This document shows, one piece after another, positions 27,147 through 38,875 of a stretch of DNA of 64,000 nucleotides. How positions within the stretch are numbered: the stretch's first letter is position 1; each line of letters starts with the position of its first letter. The notes below the pieces were generated by a model. That model was not told the origin of the DNA. It saw nothing but the letters and a program-made list of their open reading frames with translations, and did not search any database. A program made the position numbers and the translations under genes. This DNA comes from Chrysomallon squamiferum (taxonomy: Eukaryota > Animalia > Mollusca), in NCBI GenBank assembly GCA_012295275.1, contig CM022665.1:38068001-38132000 (forward strand), written 5' to 3'.

Positions 27147-30100
27147 GTAAGGGAGATAACCAAAGCAGATTATATTAACATCAGTGTAAATTAATGTGGT
27201 GATATTCTTTATTTTCTTTTCTTCTTTTTTTCACATCACTTTATAAACATTGTGGTGTAAAGTATGGAAAGTATCATTATCCGAGACTATATGTTTTAAA
27301 ATATACATAACTTTTTGTAAATACATTTTTATTAGTTTATTTATTATTTTTTAGATATTTATTTATTTATTCTGAAATATTATTACATTCATTATGTTAT
27401 GAAACTGCTGAATTATTAATTATTCAGTTGTTTAACTGTATATGACAGTTACTTAATCTTGTTTTCTTTTATCACAGGAAAACAATTTTTTTTAGTAGTG
27501 GAATTAATTTTATATGAAATTTAAAAAAAAAAAAAACATTATAATAATAAAAATAAAGCTGTGATGAACTATTTTGTGTTATCAGATTTCCAAGAAATAT
27601 TTTCTATAGATATAATTATTAATTTCTTTTAATATTATTTGTTTATTTATTATCATTATTTTTTTTTTTTTTTTTTTTATAAATCATCAAAGATTATAAA
27701 ATGAAAATAATAATGAGCTTTTGTTTAAAAAAAATATTTTGAAATTTTTTTTGTTGCTTACGGGGATTTCAAGCACCAGTGAAATTAAATTAAATACTAA
27801 TCAGCTGCCTGGATTATTAACATATTTGTATTTAATATTCATGAGTTGTATTTAACGTGTTCACACAGAATAGGAGTTTTATTATTTTTGTTTTAAAGAA
27901 AAAATAAACGCATCAACTTTTTTTTGTTTTCAGTTTAAACCTTTTTTAATGTATATTTGTAATAGGAATGAAAAATAATGAATATATTCATTATATTTAT
28001 ATTTGATTCTCCTCTATGTCAGCCTTTGCTAATAATAAAGTCTGACACTATGATAACAAGCCTCAGAGATACTCAGATTCTTTGTTATATTGTTTTTTTT
28101 GGAATTTTTTTTTTTTTGTTTTTTTTTTTGTGATATATATTTATTCAAAGAAATGGAAAAGAAACATTTAAATGCACCTAATTATGTTCTCAAAGAATTA
28201 AAATAGCAGTTTCCATATATTGTCCTGGGCTTGTTATAGTAATATCATACCTTATGATCTTTAAAGGTTAGTTTGAGAAAGCAAATAATACTCACTTTAA
28301 AATATTAAAAAAGTTATTTGTTTCGAAAACCACAGATTATGCTTTAAAGAATATTTTATTAAAAGAGATTTATGAAATTTTCAAAACCTTTAAATAAAAA
28401 TGGCAGGAAAAAAATGCTTAAAAACAATTTTGTTTAATGTCCTGTAAACAAGTTTCATTTAAAAAAAATCTCTTTGTTTTCTAGTGTCATTAAAAATAAA
28501 GATGAAGGCTAAATGAAACACCATTAAATCCTAAAATGTTCTTGATAACACAAACATCTGAGTTTAGATCAAGAGCCATGATATTTTATTTGCCTATTTC
28601 AGGACAGATTTAGCTTTTCTGGTTAATGTTAACAACAATGCCATGAAAAAAAGGTGCAAAAAAGATTAATAACAGATTTTTATGTTGTATACATCAAACA
28701 GTGGATTTCACAGGAAATTAATTCATATTGGCAGATAATTCAAGAAAAACAAAACATTATTTGTTCATTGATTATAACTTTAATTTAGGATGAAAATTAT
28801 GTTTATAATGTATCTCTTTGTATTACACTTTTTGTTTTGTTTTCATCTTATTTTTTTATCTTTTATTTTTTTCCCCTGCATAATAAACATTGTATTTTTT
28901 CCTTCTGTGACAAAATTTCAGATTTCAAAACTTCATGAAACTACCTATTTCTGGTGAACACAATAACATTAAAGTGATTGTTTTTTGTACAGTTATTTTC
29001 ATATATAATTATTATTTAAAAATATATGTTTTAATCATAATTACACATTATTCACTGTACATCATGCTTATTATTCATAGGAAAACTTTTAAACTGTATT
29101 TCAATTTCTCACTGGATAATTGTGTTTATTTATTTTTTTAATTTAGTAATATAATTCTGTTCACTAAATATTATTGGTAGTGTTTTAAAAACATATTTAG
29201 TGCATTTAATATGTGGATATTTATAAATATGCAGTTAAGACTTATTATTGTGTGAGCTTAAGGTGGGGTATTAAATGTTTTTGTTTTTTTCACAAAAACA
29301 ATCTAAATTGTTTTGTACATATTGTAACAAATCCATGGTATTTTATTTTTTATATGATAGAGTATTTATACATATTTGCTTCACATCAGTAACATAAATT
29401 GATTAATGTTATTAATAACATCACTTTTTTAATTTCTGTTTCTATTATAGTCACAGATAAAAAGAAATATTTTTGAAAATTATTTATTCATTCACAAAAT
29501 ATATCCGTAAGAAGTACACGTATATGCATATATTGTAAAACGTATGATTCAATTAACATTTGTATTTCATGAAAATCGTCATCATCCTTTTGAAACACAT
29601 AGAAATGTTGGATGTTAAGTGTTAATATTGTACTGATACGTTATCTTAACATATACAGTGCTAGAATTACAAAGTGATTTAAAAAAAAAAAAAAAAAATT
29701 CAGACTTTGAGGTTTTTTTTTTTTAAAGTCACTCGAGGAATTGTCATTACAGTTTAATTCTTCTTAGTATCTCTACTGGGCTATATCCCATTTCTGTCTG
29801 TGCCCTTTGACTGGTGCATGAAAGATCTCTTGCATTAACTATTTTGACTGATGTGCATAACTTTCCTTACTCAAACTGTCAAAGATTAATATTACTATAT
29901 TATTTGTTTGTCAGTCTTATTTACCAACATTTGGACTTGTATATTGTGCATATTATATTCATCGATAATAGAACTCATTAATAATATTAATGAAACAACA
30001 AACAAATTATCAATTTAATCATATTAGCTAACAAGTTAATTCTTAAGTTTACTTGCCATGATCATCATATAGTTATTTTATATAATGGTTTTATATGAGT

Positions 30101-30601
30101 ATTTGTACGTTATTATTATTTGTTTTTTTGTATCTGCAGCAAGGAAACAATAGTGTATATACATTGATAAGAAATAGATAATAGACTGTATTTATTTTGG
30201 CTTCTGTCCATCTCTGACTGTTAATTTTAATGTTTTTGTATGTATAATGCATTTCATCATGATTAATATTGTAAAAGTCAGTCCAAATTAATAAAAGTAT
30301 AGTTAAAATTATCACTCCAAAACCAAATAATATTAGTAATAATGATAATAATAATGATAAGATTTAATTTAAAAAAAAAAAAAAGATTAATTAAAGCATT
30401 ACATAATACATTTACAAAAAAACCTTCTAAAAAAAAATTATGTTTGAAGCAAAAAATTACTTTAACTTTCATGTACATTTTACAGAATTATCTTAAGATA
30501 TATTGAAAAAGATTATAGTATATTCCTTTACCTTTTTCATAAAAATTTATCAAAACTGAAACATAAATTGCTTTGTCTTTATTTTTGTAAATTTATTATT
30601 A

Positions 30602-30633
<32 letters not shown>

Positions 30634-30931
30634 ATTGTTTGTTATTATTGTCATCATCATTATCATCATCATCATAATATTATTATTATTATTTAAAATA
30701 TTTTTAATCTATGGCACAAATTTGGTATAAATATGACTTATGATTGCATCTGTGTGATTTTAACATGGTACAAATTTTATGCAATTGTTTTTACTTTCTT
30801 TTCTGTTTTTTTTTTTTTTTTTAATTAAAAGAGTTCACAATAAATTTTAAATTTCTTTTCTTACTTTGGACTGGCTTACCATTGTTTTGTTTTCGGCTGT
30901 ATATCTTTTTACATTAATTTACATTTCTTAG

Positions 30932-30967
30932 TCTTCTCATGGCTTTTGGATGAGGTCTATGACCCAG
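30932..30967 (+). CDS. NRXN: candidate neurexin SS4 microexon (VFSWLLDEVYDP)
   Basis: tttacatttcttag acceptor; CCAG|gtaaaa donor; 36 nt; phase 1-1; no stop; WLLD shared with the vertebrate SS4 insert. Confidence 0.72.
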
Positions 30968-31075
30968 GTAAAATAATTGAATTCAGAAGGTTACCATGGT
31001 AACCACACAGCACCAATTATTTGTCAAACTTATCAATCAATTGGTGTAATAATTATTTTTATTTCAAATTTCATT

Positions 31076-31113
<38 letters not shown>

Positions 31114-32168
31114 CATTTTTATTTTTAAAATTAGTGTTTGAATGGAATTATTTTAAATTGAAAGCAACACAATATATTATGGTTTGTCTTCTTTATTTTA
31201 AACTTTCGTTTTTATATATATAATTTTATAATATATATTAAAAACATATTAGTCTCTTAATTTTAAATTGTTTAAGAAAGAATATAAATGAAGGATATAT
31301 TTGCATTTCTGTGTTATAAATAATGAAATGAAATGATCATTTGGTGCATGTTATTAATGTTTCTTATAATATTTTACCTACATTTGACTGAAACAATTCA
31401 CAATTGAGTTGCTTATGATCACAAAATCACATGCTTTTACCAGAGAAAGTCACAAATATTTCAAATTTGAATACATCACTAATCTGCCATGAAAAATGTC
31501 AGCACAAATTTTGGGAACTGAACATTCACAATAATCCATTTGCTTGCAAAATGGAGTTGTATGTGGAATGGGAAAAAATATATCTGTATCTGTCACTAGT
31601 TTCACTCTTCATCTTTTTTTTTTTTATTCTTTACTTTTTTAATCTGATTATAAAAAAATTTAAATATATTTTTAAAATAATTAAAATTACTAGAATTAGC
31701 TGATATAATATTTATTTTTAAAAATATTTTTTAATTAAAAAATTACTTAAATTCTTTGGCTATTTTTGAAGTTAGTAATGTCAAGAAAAATTAAAAATAT
31801 GTATAAACAAATTAAACAAATACATTTTTAAAAAAGATTTAAGAAATAAAAATTAAAAATAAAATCAAAAGCTTAATCTATAAATACATCTAATTTAATC
31901 ATAGTAATTTTATATTATAGATGGCTTTTTTTATTTAAATAATAAAATAGTAAAATTTTTGTTCCTTAGGAATATAATAATTTTTTTCCATTAAAAATTA
32001 CCTAATGACAGTTTAAAACTATCAAAAATAATAACATGCACCGACATTTTTCTTACAATAAAATGTTCATGACTTAACATTTGATGCTTTGCTTATGTAA
32101 TATTAATATTTATCTATATAAATATATATAAAATACTGATAATTGTTTTTCTGATGTGTATTTACTAG

Positions 32169-32270
32169 GACAACAGTTGGAGGTTTTCAACAATCAAGCT
32201 AATATCTACATTGGTGGAAAACGTATGGACAATGGCTCTGTGGTTCGGCCTTTCCAGGGAACAATCTCAG
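32169..32270 (+). CDS. NRXN: neurexin exon, LNS6 after SS4 (not in ORF track)
   Basis: tactag|GQQLEVFNNQANIYIGGKRMDNGSVVRPFQGTIS|gtatga; matches GRQLTIFNSQATIIIGG..PFQGQLS; phase 1-1. Confidence 0.95.
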
Positions 32271-32659
32271 GTATGAACTAAATAACATCAGTTATCACCT
32301 TCTTCATCAGAATGAATTTAACATCTTCAGTACCTTTCACCATCACAATGTAACAGAATCTATGGTATTATATTTACACTGGGCATCATCTACTTCTCCT
32401 GAAGTGATTTTTCAGATGTTTTAAATTTTATTTATTTATTTATTTTATTTTATTTGATTTATTTTTTATTATCATTTCGCTTAGATATAATTAATTACCT
32501 GTATATACTGAGACAACAAAGTTATTATTTTTTTTGATTTCCACATAAATATTTCTCTGGTGATAATTAATATATCTTATTTTTTTATTTCATGTACCTA
32601 TTACTATATTTTATATTTCTGTCCTTTTTTTTTTTTTTTTTTGTCTGTGTGTTTATAAT

Positions 32660-32780
32660 GATATTATTTTTATATTTCACTTACCTGGAATGACCTATAT
32701 ATTATATATTTCACTTACTTGTAATTACCTATGTGTATTTTATATTTCAGTTACCTGTAATTAATTACCTGTATATTTGT
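32660..32780. repeat. degenerate ~35-bp repeat before exon 32793
   Basis: Repeated tatatttcacttacctg...attacct units. Confidence 0.7.
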
Positions 32781-32792
32781 GACTACTTGCAG

Positions 32793-32892
32793 GTCTTGTG
32801 TTGAATGGTTTACGTATTCTTGACCTTGCTGTACAGCGAGATCCCCGAGTGACCATCAGAGGCAATGTATTTCACAGAGAAGAATCCCCAAT
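32793..32892 (+). CDS. NRXN: neurexin exon, LNS6 end (not in ORF track)
   Basis: ttgcag|GLVLNGLRILDLAVQRDPRVTIRGNVFHREESP|gtagga; matches GLYYNGLKVLNMA..D..I.I.GNV; phase 1-2. Confidence 0.9.
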
Positions 32893-33739
32893 GTAGGATC
32901 AGCTTTATTGTTACTAGTTTTAAATTTTTTTCTGTCTCAAAATTTATAATTAATATCATTACACTGTTTCTTTTAATGCTTTTTTTTTTTTTTTTTGTAG
33001 GGGGGTAGGGGTAGATTCTTGTTCGAGTTTTTTGTTGTTGTTTTCTATTTATTTTTTGTGGTACTGATATTTTTTATAAATTTATTAGAATAGGAAATAT
33101 AAGTTACATTAAACTTTCAATGGTTATGTAAACATTATTTATTGTCATAAAAAAATTCATTAGATTATAATATGGGTCAGTGGTCAGAGCACTGGACTGG
33201 GATGTCAGCAGTCATAGGAACATTCCTTGTATCAGCACTTACAGCATGCCATATATCCCATTTCAAAGTAGTAGTTTATGGCTGATTTATTGAAGACTAT
33301 AGAGTTTCCTTTTCTCTAAAATGCATAAGAAATAATCTTTGTTGCTACCAAGAAAAGCAGCAGCAGGCTTCTTTTTTCATTTCATTATGAAAATGTAAAA
33401 GAAAATTTGAATTTCATAAAAGAAATGAATCTAGATTGCGTTCTTCATTCTAGTTCTGTTTGAATTTTATTTATGTTACAACTGAAATGAAAATGTCAAA
33501 ATTCCATCTTCAGTGGTTTTAACATTTTATTTATTGATTTCTTGAAAAGAATTGATTAAAAAAAATATAGATATATAAATCAATTGGAAACGTAACACAG
33601 ATATTAATTCTAATCAAAAAAAAGAAAAAAGAAAAGATAAATAAATAACAAATATAAATCATGTGTGAAGGGGGAAATAACAGAATGTAATATAAAATAC
33701 ATAAATGTCTCATAATTAGAAATTTAAATTCTACCTGGT

Positions 33740-33975
33740 AACCTAGTTCAATGCTAGAGTACTTAGCTGAGAAAGAGTGGTTTGCAGATCAATCCTCTAC
33801 CTTGCACCCACTGGGCTATTTCCCAATCCATCCAGTGCTCCTGTAATTGTGTTAACAACAGTGATACACGCTTTCTGGAATATAAAAGATCTCATGCTGC
33901 CAGACTATAAATATCATGGCTACAGTGGTTTCTGTTTCTCATACTGTCATGACAAACTGACTGACAATTATTAAT
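33740..33975 (+). mobile_element. decayed tRNA-derived SINE
   Basis: A-box-like TAGTTCAATGCTAGAG, B-box-like GATCAATCC, then ccactgggctatttccc..ccagtg..atataaaagatc; related blocks near 400-610, 8730-9000, 13360-13610, 25150-25330 and 33170-33370. Confidence 0.6.
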
Positions 33976-34569
33976 TATTAACATATGAATAAATTGAAAT
34001 GTCATAAAGCAAACTTTTTAAAGATTATTTACAAATGAATTCATTCTCTTGCATTTCTGTTTTTATATTAACGCCTTTATATACTGACTAAAGTTAGAGA
34101 TAATGAAATGTTTCTACTGGTGAAACATCATTATTTATCCAAGAAACATAATTTATTGATTGAAATACAATATTAATCCTTTAAAACCTGAGTGGATAAA
34201 ATTTTAAATAAAAAATCCTAAAAAAACTTTTATATGCAAGTAGTTAATGTTTTTATCATCATGTGTAATGATGATCATTTGATAATCAGCCATTCATCCT
34301 GAAGATACCAGAAATGACAATTGGAATTTTTTTTTGTACTTTGCATATGAGGCACATGTTTGTCTGGAAGCTTGGGGTTGAAAGGTTTTATTTGTGGACA
34401 ACAATGTATTAGAAAACATGAATTCCATCAAACAGTGACTGCAAAGAGCACAACTCTTCAAAGCAGCGTGAACACAAATTTTATTATCCCTACATTATTT
34501 TGTTCAGTATACTTAAGATGTGAAAGTATAAATTCAATTAACTCAAATAATTTTATTAATATTTTACAG

Positions 34570-34633
34570 TGAGAAACCATCTACAAAAGAGGAAAGGATT
34601 GATTATGAAATGCAGTCTACAATGGGTGTGAGG
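34570..34633 (+). CDS. NRXN: neurexin stalk exon
   Basis: ttacag|(I)EKPSTKEERIDYEMQSTMGVR|gtaagt; phase 2-0 bridges 32892 to 40349 exactly. Confidence 0.82.
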
Positions 34634-34644
34634 GTAAGTACTTT

Positions 34645-34950
34645 ACTTAGTATAGAAAATAATTTTATTATGCAACAGAGAAAATGAATCAGGATTTGTT
34701 GAGCTTCTTCCAAATAACATAATGGATCTGAGTGTTTTTATTGATATTGAAAATAATTCTATTATGCCAACAGAAACAGTGAATCATCATTAAGCATGCT
34801 TCCAAATAACACAATAGGTGTAAATGTTTTATTGATATTGAAAATAATTTTATTATGCTAACAGAGACTGGACCAGTGTACAGATTGTTTTTAAAAAATC
34901 AATGAGACTGAGTAAATGTATTTATTGTTGCTGAAAATCATTTTATTGCA
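34645..34950. repeat. ~95-100 bp degenerate tandem repeat
   Basis: Recurrent ttattgatattgaaaataattttattatgc.aacaga and ttccaaataaca blocks; 3-4 copies. Confidence 0.75.
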
Positions 34951-35474
34951 CAAAGGAACAATATACTGTTATTTTAACATGCTTTGAGAAACAAAACAAA
35001 ACAAAAAATAAACATATATTTTATGAGATTGCAGTTGTAAAAGGAAAGAGAAAGATTAATACATTGTGCCTACTTCAGAAAAAACTTATATTTTTGGTTC
35101 TTTTTGATGAAACAGAAGGAATAATATGCTGCATGGTGATAAAGGTATTTCAACAGGTTTGAAAAGACAAAGAATCTATTGTTTTACAATCATTTGTGAC
35201 ACAGATCTGAAATGTTCCACGGTTACTTTCCTGTGATTATTAAGTTGTTTTTTTCTTTTTTTTGGATCTATAATTATCAATACTGATCTGAATGTGTGTA
35301 TGTGTGTGTATGAATGTGTATGCATGAGTGTGCATATTTGTGCATGTTTGTGTGAATATGCTGCTATGATTTATTTTTATTTCTATTGTTTTTTTCACAA
35401 ATAAACTGTCCACTGACAAAAGCTCAGCAGTATTATGAACCCTTAATACGTTGATATGTATTCAATTTGTGCAG

Positions 35475-36272
35475 CAAAGAAAACAAGCTATTCCACAACA
35501 GCATTTAAAAAGACACTGGAGACACAGAAACACAGTAACAGGAGGAAGAGAACAAAGAAGAAGAAGAAGAGGATATCTCAACCATCATGAAACAAACAAA
35601 ATTTCTGCTTTCGTTCCTTATGAAAACAAGGACAACAGAAACCTCAGACCCTTGGTACTTAATCCTAGGATTGTGGCTCTCCCACCAGAAGAAGAAAAAC
35701 CCAAAAATACAAGTGAAAGCACCAGTTCAAGATCTAATTGGCAGAACAAGATAGATATCTGGAACAAAGTTAAAGACACTTATGTAAATAAGGTTATCCG
35801 TGGAGTCCCCACCCCAAGGACTGTGAGTAACTCAGTGTCCACAAAGGCTCACTACTGTTCTTTTCAAGTTGGCTCAGATGAGTACTTCCAGTTGAAGGCA
35901 CCAGTAGTATTTGATGCAGTACATGAAGGAAGTGCTGATGGCAAAGGTGATGATGAAGATGATGATTATGACAGTGATGGTGGTGGTGATGAGTTTACTT
36001 GGATGAAGTCTACTGCAAGCATGACAGATGATGTCACTACAAAGAAGACCACTGTTTCCAGTCATGATCAGAATATGATTAAATCTCCCATTCCACCGCT
36101 GACTAAACATGACTCAACAACGTGGAGAATGGTTAATGATAGTTTAATACCAACATACTGGACACATGCTCAACAAGTGACTCAACACAATCAGGATACT
36201 TACACCAAACCAACACTGGTTTCCTCCAGACATCTCAGAGTCACCTTGGCAACAACTATTTCCAGTTTCATG
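35475..36272 (+). CDS. NRXN: candidate large alternative neurexin stalk exon (266 aa; or terminal exon ending at stop 36312-36314)
   Basis: gtgcag acceptor in phase 0; 798-nt stop-free frame that is GC-richer than the intron; phase-0 donor ATG|gtatcc; Ser/Thr-rich, acidic and poly-Arg segments. Confidence 0.62.
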
Positions 36273-38844
36273 GTATCCATTTCTGCCTGTTATGTTTGGC
36301 ATGATCAGACCTAGATGCCTGAATTGAGTGTTCTGTAGTTGGGTACACTCTATAGCATGCTCTTTTCAATATTATAACCCAAAACATAACATAGCTTGGA
36401 TAAACTTTCAAATAGTTTTTAAATCATTCTTAAAAATAAAAAACAAATCGTGAATGAAGGAAGAATCATAAAAGTGTCTAGCTTGTAGATGAAAACAAAA
36501 TCATAAAATCAAAAATGTAAAATTTATGCATTCATATTTCAGTTGAACTCATCTTTTATTACAAACTGTCATCTGAATAGCATGTTTAGAGTCACGTATT
36601 TGTTTTGGACAGTTTATGTTTTTATCTGATTTAAAAATTCTCTATACAGTGAAGTCTGGATAAAACTAACCCAGGGTTCTGATAAATCAGAATAACTTGT
36701 CAGTACATTCACTATTCAGTATTTGACTTCTTTATCTATAACTATAATTAATAACCACAATTTATCATATTTTAACTATTACTGTTAACTTTTTAACTTG
36801 CAAAAAAAAATGAAACAGTTATTTTACGTAGAACAGACTCATAAGGCTTCATGGGCATCTACAACAAAAAAGAAAAAAAAAAGAAAAAGGAATATAAATG
36901 AACCTTGACTGTTATTTGTTTTTATGTATTAATAATATAAATTTGGACAGAATTCCAGGATTTACCCTTTAAAGAATATTATAGTAACGGAACTATATTG
37001 TTACTATTTGTAAACTAAGAAAAACAAATTTTAATAATAATATCGGACTCTGTCATACAAGCTCATGTAATGTCATCTATAAACACTGTCTTTGGGGAGT
37101 TCAGATGGGAGATGTATTTTTTTATCATTATTTAAAATATTTTATGAGCAGAATCTTTGATACATTTTACTTATCTCAGCCCAAAATTCTATTTTCCTTT
37201 CAGTACTACTAAACAATTAAAAAGCAAATATTATTTCTTTTCCATATACACACATATTTTATTGACCGTGTTCTTGAAATCTGCTTCTCTTAATTCAAAG
37301 CATTGTCCTCAATGAAAATAAATTAGAATTACATTCCCAATTTCCTCATTTGTCATATATTTCAGTTTCTAACAATTAATTTATTGATTTAAATATAAAG
37401 AAAACATATAGTCCAGACTGACAGGGTTGATTGCTTTGTAGCTGTTATACAAAAAAAAAAAAATGTTTATTTTATTGAATTGAGTTTGCATGTATTATTT
37501 TTGTTTTTAAATTAAAAATAATTTTACTAAATAGTATAAATAAAAAAAAAACTGTTAAATTTATTTTATGATAATCATAACATTTTTCATTTAAATTTAA
37601 ATTTTTTTGTTTGTTGTTTTAATTATTTATAATTGTCAGTAAAATTGTTTTAAATTTCATAATACTTTATAGGTTGCTAGCTAAAATTGCATGCTTCATT
37701 TTGAAATAATAATTTTTATTTTTTGTGTTATGTGCCAGTGTGTTGTCAGCCTAACAAAGCTTATGTTCTTATAGTGCATGGTTTTCAACATCCACTTCAA
37801 AACAGAACAAAAAAATAATAATAAATAATACCAAAAATACAAACAAAAATAATTTAATATTATTCCTAACTGCAAGTACACACAATTTAGGTCTCTTAAA
37901 TCTAGAAAATCTGTACAGTTTATATAATCAGTGTAAAACAGATGCATATCTTTAAGGTTTTTGGAATTTTTTTTGGTGCATCAGCAATTTCTTTTGTCTT
38001 TTCTGAACATTATACAAAGTCATACATCAAATTAAAGATAAGTTTAGTACTTATATTACTAATAACATAAATTTATCCATGTCAACCTCTGTAGTACAAT
38101 GGTTAGGTTGTCTACCTTCAGATCTGTAAGTCCTAGGATCACATCCCAATACTGGCTAGAGCCTACATAACTTACTGGAGATGTTTAGCATGATTATATC
38201 TTTCATTCTAAGTAATTCTAATGACTGTGTTCAGGTCAGACAACAAAATAAAAATATATACTTCATGAAACTTGTTTTTAAAGGAAAATAGATAGGCTGA
38301 TTAATACTTTATTGAATATGTTTGGATTATTTGCCCATTTAAGATGAACCTTTAGAAGAAATAATGATATTTCAAATGGTTGATCTCACAAAACGTAGCT
38401 TTCTCTACATTTTTAAAGAACCTGTTTTTCTGTCTGTCTTTGTTCTGTTTTTGTCTGTTATGTCTGGACCATATCTTTTATTTAAACTGGAGAAAGTTTA
38501 ACATTGGGTTTTATCTGTTCACCCATCTTAAAAGACAAGAAAAATATCATTTAAACCAAATTATTATCTACTGAAAATATATACCAGGGTACAAATGGAT
38601 AAAAACTTAAATAGGTAAATAATGACTTACAAATGATGATAATCCAAATTTTTTATCTCTTAAACAGTGACAGTGATTTACTTGTAACAGCAAAAAATAT
38701 ATATATTAAATAAAACAATTTTCTTTTTAATTTTTCACTTTAATCTTGCTACATTTAATAAATTTGGTTAGAGTGTTTTTCTGAAATGAAGGACTTACTA
38801 TTAAGGTATTTTTTTCTCCCCTCTACTATGGCATGCTATATCAG

Positions 38845-38875
38845 TGATACCCACTACATGCAATACTCATACAGT
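38845..38875 (+). CDS. NRXN: candidate neurexin stalk microexon (I)DTHYMQYSYS
   Basis: pyrimidine tract plus gcatgctatatcag acceptor; AGT|gtaagc donor; phase 2-0, the same as exon 34570-34633. Confidence 0.42.

Noticed and set aside
29768-29838. VSLLGYIPFLSVPFDW as a second SS4 exon (IPF resembles vertebrate IPY)
   Set aside because: No phase-1 GT donor before the stop; may be a regulatory block (TGCATG) instead
38090-38160. tRNA gene
   Set aside because: A/B-box-like remnants only, no intact cloverleaf; more likely a decayed SINE head
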